A DNA stretch of 64,000 bases from Eledone cirrhosa (lineage: Eukaryota). The stretch lies in the NCBI GenBank assembly GCA_964016885.1, contig OZ024756.1, positions 25,544,001-25,608,000 on the forward strand, in the 5' to 3' direction. Shown here piece after piece: positions 1-10,290 of this stretch (its first letter is position 1; every line of letters starts with the position of its first letter). Position numbers and translations under genes: made by a program. Below the pieces are notes generated by a model, which saw only the letters and a program-made list of their open reading frames with translations, was not told where the DNA came from and ran no database searches.

Positions 1-101
1 ATGTTTCTTGATGCAATGGTAGGACCACTCCTGGGACAAAATAAGAGTTTTTAATGGTAGGACCTTGAATACAGCAAGTGTGGAGCCTTTTAATATCCAG
101 T
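1..101 (-). CDS. BBS12: BBS12-like exon 6, truncated by window edge (LDIKRLHTCCIQGPTIKNSYFVPGVV)
   Basis: ttgttgtag acceptor at 103-102; phase 2 fits exon 5. Resembles BBS12 FDISRIFTCCLPG...SCVCPG. Confidence 0.85.
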
Positions 102-399
102 CTACAACAAGATCAAATAGAAGGATATTAATGAAAAAGACTGCCTAACATTATCGTGTGTATATATATGGACTTGTAACTCCTGGTGGAGTTGTAGGGG
201 TACTGTAGTGACATAGAACATATCCTGGACATTTTAAACTTGGTAGAGCTCATCTTTTGTTCAAGTCTGAATGTAACCAATTACTTCCAGAAATGGAGAG
301 AAAGAGTGATAGACAGGAAATAAAGAAGGACTGGTACTTTTTTATCAACCTCGAAAAGATGAAAAGATAACCATTTTATATATGGTTCTTATATATATA

Positions 400-2866
400 C
401 CAGTAACAGATTTAAAGATATTTTACTCAACGCCTACGACAGTAAAGAAGAAAAGATAGAGACATTCAATGTAGAAGAGAACTGGGAGTTCCTAAAAAAT
501 AACTTACTAGAGGCGACGGATGAGGTCTGTGGCTGGAGTAAGACCTCAAGCAGGAGGAGAGTGACTTGGTGGTGGAACAATAAGGTAGATGAGGCAGTTA
601 AGGCCAAGAGACAGGCATGGAAAGAATGGAAGAACGGGGGGAGCAGGGTACATTACATAGAGACCAAGAGGGAAGCTAGGCGACAAGTATACTTAGCTAG
701 GAGGGAAGCAGAGGATAGAAAATTCAAGCATGTTTTGCAACGTGAGGACCAGAAACAGGAGGTGTTCAAGATTGCGAGGCAGTGTGTCAGAGAGAATTGT
801 GATGTCATTGGAGAGAAGTGTATCCGGAATGAGAAAGGTGAGCTTGCCCTCACAAGTGCTGAGAAGAAAGGTGCATGGAGGAGTCATTATGATAGATTAC
901 TAAATGAGGAGAATGCATGGGAAGAAGAGACCCTACCCCAAGTAGACGCTATAGAGGGGCCAGCAGTACAAGTCAGCAGCAGCGTAGTAAGTAAGGCAAT
1001 CAAAGATATGAAGATGGGGAAGGCAACCGGTCCATCGGGTATAGCTGCCGAGATGCTGAAGGCATCTGGGTCTGTAGGTCACACTATAACCACACGTATT
1101 GTTAACCAGGTAATACTAGAAGGTGTCATACCAAAAGATTGGTGCAGTAGCATCATTGTCAACTGCTACAAAGGTAAAGGTGATGCACTAGATAGAGGTA
1201 TAAAGCTGATGGACCAGGTCATGAAAGTAACAGAAAGAGTTATAGCACAGTTGATTAGGGACCGGGTGAAACTAGACGAGATGCAATTTGGGTTTGTACC
1301 AGGAAGAGGCACCACTGATGCCCTCTTCCTTGTCAGGCAGTTACAGGAAAAGTACCTAGCTAAAAGTAAGCCACTCTACCTGGCATTAGTCGACCTTGAG
1401 AAAGCCTTTGACAGAGTTCCACGTGCTGTAATCTGGTGGGCTCTTAGAAAACTAGGAGTAGATGAATGGCTTGTGAAAGCGGTACAAACCATGTATAGGG
1501 GAGCAGTTAGGATTAGCAATGAGTATAGCGAGGAATTTAGCGTACAGGTTGGGGTCCACCAGGGCTCTGTTCATCATAGTCCTGCAGGCAATAACGGAGG
1601 AGTTTAAGACCAGATGACCATGGGAACTCCTGTATGCTGATGACCTCGCACTTATAGCTGAATCTATGGTAGAACTAGAGAAGAAATTCCAAACTTGGAA
1701 GCAGGGACTAGAAAGAAAGGGTCTCAAAGTCAACATGACAAAGACTAAGGTCCTTGTAAGTAGACGAGAAAACAGAACCCAGATCCCCTCAGGGAAATGG
1801 CCTTGCTCAGTATGTAGGTAGGAACTCCATTCTCTGCCCCAAATGCAAACAATGGGTACACAAGAGATGTAGCGGGATCTCAGGAAGCTTAATTAAGAAT
1901 GTAGGCTTCACATGCAGCAGCTGTGCTGGGACAGCAAACAGGAAACAAGTACCACCAATCTCTGAGAGGGCTCTGTAGAAACAGTAGACAGCTTCTGCTA
2001 CCTAGGTGACCGAATTAGCAGCGGAGGTGGGTGTTCAGAAAGTACAATAACTAGGGTAAGAACGGGATGGAAGAAGTTTAGGGAACTACTACCACTGCTA
2101 GCTGCAAAAGGCTTCTCCCTCAAAATGAAAGGCAGACTGTATGATGCATGTATCCGAACAGCGATGTTGCATGGTAGTGAGACCTGGGCACTGAAGGTGG
2201 AAGACTTACGTAGATTAGAGAGAAACGAAGCCTGCATGCTCCGATGGATGTGTAATAGTAATATATGCGAACGACAAAGCATAAATGAATTGAGAGAGAG
2301 ACTGAGCATAAGAGGAATCAAATGCTGTGTGCATGAGAGGCGGTTGCGTTGGTATGGACATGTGATGCGTATGACAGCTGCATAAAAAGGTGTAGAGCAC
2401 TAGAAGTCGATGGAAATCGCGGAGTGGGGAGACCCAAGATGACCTGGGATGAGGTGATAAAAGCCGACCTTACCCAATTACACCTCTCAAAGGCGATGAC
2501 ACACGACCGTGACCTCTGGCGTCACGCAGTAATACAGAGTACCCGACCTCCCATGGGTACAAGCTGAAGCATATAGACAATATGCCCCCACACCCCCCAC
2601 TGCAAGGTGGTCGTGGAGGTGCCACGGCAAAAAAGCACCCAGCCCACACTGTAAAGTGGACGTGTAGGCACCACGAAAAAGCACCCAGCACTCACTGTAA
2701 ATGAGGTTGGTGTTAGGAAGGGCATCCAGCTGTAGAAATCAAGCGAAATCAGTTCCTGTATGAGCAAGGCATGGTCAGCAGACCAGACACTGCCCACAAC
2801 AGGATAACCCGTCTAACCCATGCTAGCGTGGAAGAACGGACGTAAAACGGTGATGATGATGATGAT
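400..2866 (+). mobile_element. RTE-clade LINE, 5'-truncated and degenerate, antisense in BBS12 intron 5
   Basis: RT motifs (KATGPSGI, QFGF..GRGTTDA, VDLEKAFDRV, GVHQGS, LYADD at ~1630) with frameshifts and stops. PHD-like Cys insert, RLRWYGHV and GRPK.TW C-terminus, (GAT)n tail. Confidence 0.95.
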
Positions 2867-3056
2867 ATAATTATGTTGGAAGATTTTTTAAATTTAAAAC
2901 GGGTGGTTTTGCTTCATAGAATCAGAGCCAGATAAGGTTGTTGGTATCAAAATAGGAACCCTTTAAAATGGAATGTTTTGTTTCATAATTCCACTTAGTA
3001 TAAAAAAGGTCAACATTTTACTTAAATTAATCACAGTCTAGAAAAATGTCACATAC

Positions 3057-4048
3057 CGAATGACTTTATCTTGGTCAGATAAATGTTTGTTCTGATGTTT
3101 AAGTGCCTCCATGAGAAAATCTTCAATTTCTGTATGTGCCCCATGGCAAAGGGCTTGGATTAAACCTTTGAGCTGCTGCCAAATATCTGGGAAGTTGACG
3201 CTGTCAGAGGAATTTTGAAATCTCAACAGATGGGAATATTTATTTTCATTTGAAATTAAAATTTCTTTGAAGTCATCATCTAATTTAGAGACTTCTGCAT
3301 TGGTGACAGGTTTGTTATAATGTCTAAAGTTCATATTTTCATTGCCGCAGTAATTAAAGTAGCGACTGCACTGAAGATGAGGAAAAGAATTAGGAATTTT
3401 AGGTTTTTGTAGCTTGGTTTTTAAATAGTCTTGTAGCCAATTCTCTCTCTCAGAACTGACTTTGGGAATGTGGCTAGTTGAATAGTTAGTTAAATTACTG
3501 CCTGATGCAGTTGGTGAATAAACAGATGAATTCTTTGTAAAATATTGGCATTGAGTTTCTTTTATTATGTTTCTCTGTTTAGCTACATCTGCAACAGATG
3601 AAATTTCATCAAAGCAATGGTTAAAATCATCATCATCACAACCACCACCACAATTGTCGTCATCACTATCACCACCTTCAGACGTAATGTTGTTCTCTAA
3701 ATTTATTTTTTCTGGAAACTCAAGAAATTGAGATTTGGGATCAGAGTTATTTGTTTGTGACGGATCTTTGAAATCTTCCAGAACAGAGCCTTCATCTGAT
3801 GTATCCTGGAAAAACCAGCTGATATCAGGTGGAATGTGAAAGTTTGTCTTTGGTTGAAACAGGTCTGGTGGATAACTGTTGCTTAGAATATTGGTAGAAT
3901 TATTTTCAGAGTGATATCCCACAAAAGGTGTCTGATTACTGGATGGTTCCAGGAATTCATCAACCGAAAATGCCAAGGTATCAACATATTGAATACAGTT
4001 TTCTATGGTACTTCTTAATGTCGATGTAATTGAATGTGCTGAGATTCC
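3057..4048 (-). CDS. BBS12: BBS12-like exon 5 (992 nt, includes a long acidic/Ser-rich insertion)
   Basis: ctccaacag acceptor, CG|gtatgt donor. GISAHSITSTL, CSRYFN and LIQALCHG resemble BBS12 GVPISIIVSVM, HSRHFN and LAVGLSHG. Confidence 0.88.
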
Positions 4049-4207
4049 CTGTTGGAGAAAAGAAAAAATACAATATAATAGTATGGGAGTTTTACCCAAT
4101 GATGGACAGCTGCATGTTGGTTGTTAGTAATGAGATTAAATACAAAATAGCATGAGTGACATGATAACAGAAGAGAAAGCATTTGATCAACTTGCGGACT
4201 TATTTAC

Positions 4208-4333
4208 CTGTTGTAATAGTTTGATGCCTATCTGGATCCATTGGCCAATTAAATATAAAAGGCTTTTGGTTCCACATCCATATTTATCGTGGTATTCCTC
4301 ACAGCAGTCAAAAATTAATTGTGTTACAGGGTG
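4208..4333 (-). CDS. BBS12: BBS12-like exon 4 (HPVTQLIFDCCEEYHDKYGCGTKSLLYLIGQWIQIGIKLLQQ)
   Basis: ttccag acceptor, CAG|gtaaat donor, 126 nt. Degenerate GDGTT loop (GCGTKS) followed by LLYLIGQW, resembling human BBS12 TGISTLLFLVGAW (recalled from memory). Confidence 0.88.
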
Positions 4334-4361
4334 CTGGAATAGAAAGGAAGACATTATTATA

Positions 4362-4556
4362 GGGCGGTGGATTGGCAGTATCGGTAGAGGGTCGGACGCC
4401 ATGCTTTGACGCATAGAGTTACGACCCTTGCCATTCTGAGTTCAAATCCCGCCGAGGTTAACTTTGCCTTTCATCCTTATGGGGTCGATAAAATAAAGTA
4501 CCAGTAATACACTGGGTGATTGCTGGCCTTGTGCCAAAAGTAGAAACAATTATTAT
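4362..4556 (+). mobile_element. tRNA-derived SINE family 1, near-complete copy
   Basis: A-box-like TGGCAGTATCGG, B-box GAGTTCAAATCC, body GCCTTTCATCCTT..GGGGTCGATAAAATAAAGTACC, (ATT)n tail. Related copies at ~5200-5410(-), 10350-10585, 14335-14450(-), 26720-26815, 42570-42860, 49290-49420, 55655-55760, 56815-57150(-). Confidence 0.85.
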
Positions 4557-4749
4557 AATAGTAGCTATGGATCTGAAAGGTCTGAGAATAAATAGCACAC
4601 TTACACTTATATAAACATACACACACAGACATAAACACACAGACATAAACACGATACAAACACATACATAAAATTATAGACACAGACAATCACACATTCA
4701 CCACAAATACATACAGGGATGATGAAATGAACTTTTGTTGGTTGATTAA

Positions 4750-5810
4750 TGGAACAACTTGCTCATGAAATTAACCTGTAAGTGGCTGAGCATTCCACAG
4801 ACATGTCTCCTTAACATAGTTCTCAGGGAGATTCAGCATGACACAGTGAGTGACAAGGCTGGCCCATTGAATTACAGGAACAGGCTTCCAAACCATTTCC
4901 ATCTACCCAACTTCACTCACAAGTGTTAGTTTTGTTTCACAGGATCAGAACCAGTTTTGACCGGGTTGATATCAAGAAGTGATTTTGTTCTTATGAACTG
5001 GAACATACCTTAGTATTAATATTCTGCAGAACAACAGCAATATCTCGAGCAAAAATATGCTTATCATCACAAATTATACACTTGATGCTGAAATTAAGGA
5101 TTCAAAAGTTAGACAGTAAAAATACATATTTTTAACCCTTTCATTACCATGTTTCTAATTAAAATCACTGCCCATGATTTTCAAATAATGGTTTCTGATT
5201 TAGGCAGAAAGCCAACAATTTTCAAGGGAAAGGGGCAACTCAATTAAATCAACCTTGGTGTGTTACTGGTGCTTTATTTTATCAACCCCTTATGGATGAA
5301 AGGTAAAGCTAACCTTAGCAGGATTTGAACTCGGAACTTAAAGAGCCATAACTACATGCTGCAAAGCATATTGTCCAAGGTTCTGTCGATACCGCTAATC
5401 TACTACTCTATGATTTTCAAATGACAAGTGTCCCAATTGTCTGAACAGCTGGCTCATGGAATTAATGTGTAAGTGGCTAAGCCTTCCACAGACACATGTA
5501 CCCATAACATAATTCTTAGGGAGATTCAGCATCACACAGTGTGACAAGACAGGCCCTTTAAATTGCAAGTACAGTCCATTTTGTATTTAGTGCAAGGGAC
5601 TGAGCATTCTACAGATATGAGCACCCATAACATAATTCCTAGGGAGATGTAGTATGACAATGTTTGACAAGGCTGAAGCTGAGAATTACAGATACAACTC
5701 ATATTTTCCAGCTGAGTGGACTGGAGATACATGAAATAAAAAGTGACTTGCTCAAGGACACAAGGTATCACCTAGCCAAGAAATCGAACTCACAACTTCA
5801 GTGTTGTGAG
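4750..5810 (-). repeat. Cluster of interspersed (SINE-like) repeat fragments in BBS12 introns
   Basis: The block gctcatgaaattaa..gtggctgagcattccacagacat..gggagattcagc..gtgacaag recurs at ~4750-4880, ~5440-5570, ~5600-5700 and ~55390-55505. Confidence 0.65.
5009..5087 (-). CDS. BBS12: BBS12-like exon 3 (IKCIICDDKHIFARDIAVVLQNINTK)
   Basis: tttcag acceptor and AAG|gtatgt donor. Matches the chaperonin K-x-I ... D-xx-x-IL-xx-I-xxx-HP segment continued in the next exon. Confidence 0.8.
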
Positions 5811-5905
5811 CCCATCTACCTTCACAAATTCTACACATATACACGGTCTGGGCCAAAATGTTAACTTAAATGGATAAAAAAAAACAAAGATTATTTAATA
5901 CAAAC

Positions 5906-5942
5906 CAGTGAGAGTTACCAAGCATTGAGCCAGCATATCGTG
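5906..5942 (-). CDS. BBS12: BBS12-like exon 2 (ARYAGSMLGNSHC)
   Basis: ttttctattttcag acceptor and gtttgt donor. Peptide corresponds to the chaperonin equatorial S/T-x-LGP segment; phases 1/2 fit both neighbours. Confidence 0.75.
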
Positions 5943-7146
5943 CTGAAAATAGAAAATAAAAAATATATAGTAAATATATATGTAGCGAAATCTCTTCACA
6001 CATACTGAACCCTGAATGACATCTGGCTGCTATTTCTTTTTATCTTGGGTTGGCATCAGTGGTCTGGAGAGGCTGGCCAACTTGAGGTTAAATGAGGTAA
6101 GTTTTTCTTTGGATCATTCCACTCAGGTATCTCGGAAGAGAAGCATCACTTCGAGTAGCGAAATATAGCACTTAGCAAAAAACTCCAGCCCTCTCAACAA
6201 GGGGCCTACAGCAATTCTTCCATTGGCACTTCAACCACACTCAGTCATCTGCCTCTCCTCTTAGACAATACAGCTTCCTTACCACTTTGAGTTTATACTG
6301 GTACATATTATCTGACTACAACTTGTCACTTTTTAAGGGAACATCGCAGAAGCCTTATTGATCACTATATTCATTTGTAAATACTACAATCAAACTTTAT
6401 ATTTACAATTCAAAGAAATTGTATTTTTTTTCCTTTTCACTGAAGTGAAGTAAAGATATAGATTCAACTAGAATTATTGGTATCTGTCATGTTTATCATC
6501 TTCCACAACAACCAAAAACTTTGATTCATATATATCTATACTATACATGAGAATGTATGTGTGTTTATGTGAAATTAGTAAATCAAGAGCTGTTAAAAAG
6601 AATTCCCAAGGTTTCAAAGCCCTATCGGTCTGTCAACACTGGTGGAACAGTCAAAAGCTGCCAATTACCCAACAGAGTTCCTCAACTTTTTAAAACCACC
6701 AGGAATCCTTCCACATGTCCTTCACCTGTTATTTGGGAATTTGGACTCACCAAGGCTATGCAATGGCCCTTCAGGCAAGACATGGAATTTAAAAAAATTG
6801 AAATAAATACATACTATTGTGATTATTGTCTGGCAACAACAGGTTACTCAGCTAGTATATATATAATCAGAAGCGTTAACAAAGCATGATTCATAATAGA
6901 AATGCATATGAAGGTACATCTGATATTTTTATATATAATAAACATATTGAAGGCAAAAAAAGTAATATCAGTAATATCCCAATGTCGTACTCCACATCTA
7001 TTTCATACAAAAAAATAAATATTAGTTTTTGAACAGAATAGAATCTGATATGGCCGACAATAAAATGAAATTGAAAGGTACTTGATTATTTGGCTAAATT
7101 CTAAATGATTTGTTTTAATCTTGAGAGTTTTTTTTTTTGTGTGTGT

Positions 7147-7178
<32 letters not shown>

Positions 7179-7544
7179 TCGTTAATATCTATTTACAATA
7201 TTCTATATATAAGTATTTTATATACAGTATATAGATATTGCTATTGTTAAGGGTTTACAAAGTTCTAATCGTCAATACCATAAGCATCAAGCACACCAAC
7301 AATTTTCTGGAGGTTGCCGCCTGCTTCACAAACATCCTGGTTTCCAGGCATTCACTCTATATTGTCAGCTTTCATTTTCTTCCAGTTTCATTTTATAGTC
7401 GGCTATTACCCACTTTGTACTATATGCATTTCACATCATCTACGATATGAATTATTTTTTTATTTTATTGTTTTTGATTTATTTAGTTATTTCCCGTCTT
7501 ATTTAATTTTTATTATGAAAATGGAACAACAATAATAAAAACTA

Positions 7545-7890
7545 CGATTTCAGTAGGAAAAACATTTTTCCTTTGTTTTTTTTCGTGTGTTATCAACTAA
7601 TCTGACCTCCAAGATGCACGCAATTGATTTTTTTTCCCCGTAGAACGGAGTATGTAGGTGCCGCCTCCACCTCGGAGTTTTCTCTACGTTTTTTTTTTTT
7701 CTTTTGTTTTTTTTTTTTGCGTGTTATCAACGAATATGACCTCCAAACAAGTCAGAAACGACTAGAGTTTTGCAGATTTACACCTCGCGATTTTATCTGG
7801 ATCTCTTAGATGGTTCTTGGAGGTCGGATTAATTGATAGCACACGAAAAAAAAAAAAGACGAGGAAAAAATTCTTTTTCCCACTGAAGTT
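7545..7890. mobile_element. MITE-like element with long imperfect terminal inverted repeats
   Basis: ttcagtaggaaa..cgtgtgttatcaactaatctgacctccaaga (~7549-7614) is mirrored by tcttggaggtcggattaattgatagcacacg..ttcccactgaa (~7815-7887). A partial direct copy lies at ~7720-7746. Confidence 0.6.
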
Positions 7891-8080
7891 GAGGGGGGTG
7901 TTCCATAAATTTACCAAACTACGATCTCCTATTGAAAAAGTTTTAAGTTTATATTTTTGTATAATATAATTATTTTTTAATGTATTATATGATTGGCAAT
8001 ATCTAAAAATACCATAGAATATAATTTACATTTTCCTGAATCATAAACTTCGGCTTATGTTCAATCAATACACACATGTT

Positions 8081-8300
8081 AATTTCATAGCAACAAGTAG
8101 GACTGGGCTTGTGTCGAGTCTTTTGTTTATAAAACGATAATAGAAGATTTAGATATATCAACAATCGAATAAAACTACGAGAAAATGTGGCATTTTTCAA
8201 TGAAATTAAATTTTACCTAAAGATACAGCAGCGTCTGCTGTTGTAGTAAGATCGGTTTCTTGACAAGTAAACATGGTTACGGTAACGGCACCGCCATTTT
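8081..8300 (-). promoter_or_regulatory. BBS12 5' region with RFX X-box-like sites and an AAAATGGCG (YY1-like) motif
   Basis: GTTGCTATGAAATT (8094-8081), GTTACCGTAACCAT (8286-8273), AAAATGGCGG at 8300-8291. All X-box matches are imperfect. Confidence 0.4.
8217..8274 (-). CDS. BBS12: BBS12-like chaperonin, coding exon 1 (MFTCQETDLTTTADAAVSL)
   Basis: ATG at 8274; G|gtaaaa donor at 8216. The phase-1 junction is in frame with the next exon (5942). Confidence 0.7.
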
Positions 8301-8689
8301 AGTTATAATTTGTTTTTGTTCATGAATATTTAAATAAGCTCTCCCGGCCCAAAGCTGATTCTTATATTCAGGGTTCGATTCCGACTGGAAGTCAATTTAT
8401 TTTACTTATTTTCCTGATAACATTAAAGCATGAACTTCACAAAGCCTCGTTTTTCTTCAGGTTTCTGCTAAAATTGGAAGAATGCAATAAGCAATGAATT
8501 TTTTTTTTTAACATAAAATTTCGTTTTTAATCAGGATGACACGACAGGTCACTGAGAGGCATTGAAATTTCCAAAACACACAAAAAAAGGTTTTACTCTC
8601 CAAATAACTTACAGTTATCTCTATCTTTGTGTGTATATTTATATAGAACTTGAAGTGGGTAGATTACCTTAAAATTGGCCTACATAGTT

Positions 8690-8900
8690 CCTCCCCATGA
8701 TCTGGTTTGGTAGAATACTCAGGAAGAGAGTCCAATCTAGTAGCATATCAACTGGTTTAACCTTCTTATGGTTTGATCTTGTAGATAGGCCTATATCAAC
8801 TGGTCTACCTGTCCCAATTTTATGGTTTGATCAGATAGTTAAGCTTATATCAATTGGCATAACCGGCCCCTTTTCATGGTCAGACCTGATAGTATAGCCT
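8690..8900. repeat. Degenerate ~50-bp tandem repeat
   Basis: tatcaa[ct]tgg...atggtttga..gatag repeated 3-4 times. Confidence 0.5.
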
Positions 8901-8914
8901 AAGGGCAAAGTTCA

Positions 8915-9260
8915 ACCTAGTGGCAAAATAGCTAGAACTGGATTAAAAACACTGGCCCTTTTCTTCAGAGCTAAAAAATTACTTCAGCCCCCAACAACTT
9001 CTGAGTCTCTACAAAGCTCAGGTAAGACCTACAAAATAGTACATAGCCCATATCTAGGATGGGGCATCTGTCACACTCAGAGAAAAAGGCCATTTGTCTT
9101 ATTGGCACAAAGTCACTAATGGACGCACTCCAGCCGCTGACTCACAGATGTCTCTTCTCCGTCTTTCCAACCACTACTGTAATGACGTCTGCTTCTCAGA
9201 ACTTGTTGATCTTGTGTCACCTCATTCATCTCTCCTTTCATCTTCCACCTCATTTGTCTT
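8915..9260 (+). mobile_element. CR1/Jockey-group LINE 3' RT fragment, degenerate
   Basis: Frameshifted translation gives NYFSPQQLLSLYKAQVRP..Y.AHI*DGA and LQPLTHR, typical of the post-RT region of these LINEs. Confidence 0.6.
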
Positions 9261-9789
9261 CCCCTCTCTCATCATTTATATTGTGTCCAACTTCCAAGGC
9301 TCCATTACTTGGTTATTATTGCCATAATATAGAACACAATACCTAGTTCTAGATATTTTTTATTACGGCTAAATCGGAAAGCATATTGATACATTTGTGT
9401 TAATGAGCACTTTCAAAATATTATTTATAGTGATTGACTATTATTATAATCATTTGCATTAGGACAACTACATTTCAAATATCACAAATGCTTCTTAAGT
9501 CAACTGGATGTTTACACTTCTAGTTACAGCCTTTAAAATCATCTAAAAGACAGCAACCGGTAGCCAGGGATTTCTTAATGGATAAATGTACTTGCCCAGC
9601 ATGTCTATTTTCTTCCCGTCTCCAGGGGTACTTTGCTTCACCTTTTTCAACTATTGTTAACACATGGTTCTAAAAACCTTCGCTAAGTACAAACCACTAC
9701 CTTCCTACAGACAACTGATGCTGCACACCAGGTCCGAACACGTAAGAGCTGAACTCCCACTGTCATCGCCTCCATCTCTCTCTATTATG

Positions 9790-10290
9790 AGCAAATGGGG
9801 TCCCACGGCCCTGGCGGACAGAATGGAGAAAGCGTTTCCCCAAAGGATGGTGAAAGAGATGCGCTAGAAGAGCCATTCCATCATGCGAGGCTCACAGATG
9901 CAGCTAGCCAGATCAGCGCCTATGGTGGTAAGTTGGGAGGTAGCCTTAGGGTCAAGGACACCACAAGTCTTCAATGCTAGGGGCACGACTGCAAACCTGC
10001 TGGAGAGCAACCGATACTTGGAGAGTTTGCCCTCCTCAGTCTGAAGTGCAGCAGAACCTGCGTTAGTCGCAGACTGCACCAGGTAGCAGTTAGAGAAAGT
10101 GTCGTGGCAAATAACATCCCAGACGAGGGGTTTACCACCCCGGAACGGGAAGATGGTCATACCGTCTGACCTTTTGCTGTCTCCTCAGTCCAGCCCCACC
10201 GACTTGAGCTGGGAGGGGAAGTTTGCACCATCCAAGCCATGCTTTATGACCCCGTTGAGGGTGGCATGGCATGGAAGGCGGCTGGCACTG
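9790..10290 (-). mobile_element. CRE-like non-LTR retrotransposon 3' fragment (restriction-like endonuclease)
   Basis: KRSDGMTIFPFRGGKPLVWDV..DTF...AGSAA..EEGKLSKY..FAVVPLAL.T.G matches the RLE (RPDG-type) domain pattern. Confidence 0.8.

Noticed and set aside
561-1607. Active reverse transcriptase gene
   Set aside because: 5'-truncated, lacks the endonuclease, and is frameshifted before YADD with in-frame stops.
3038-4099. 353-aa standalone ORF
   Set aside because: It is BBS12 exon 5 plus intronic read-through; the true boundaries are 4048 and 3057.
6557-6889. 110-aa ORF in BBS12 intron 1
   Set aside because: No motif or splice support, and not needed for the in-frame BBS12 model.
8003-8200. 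Possible extra BBS12 exon (HKPKFMIQE)
   Set aside because: The corresponding chaperonin segment is already supplied by the 5087-5009 exon, and its phase-0 donor does not fit exon 2.
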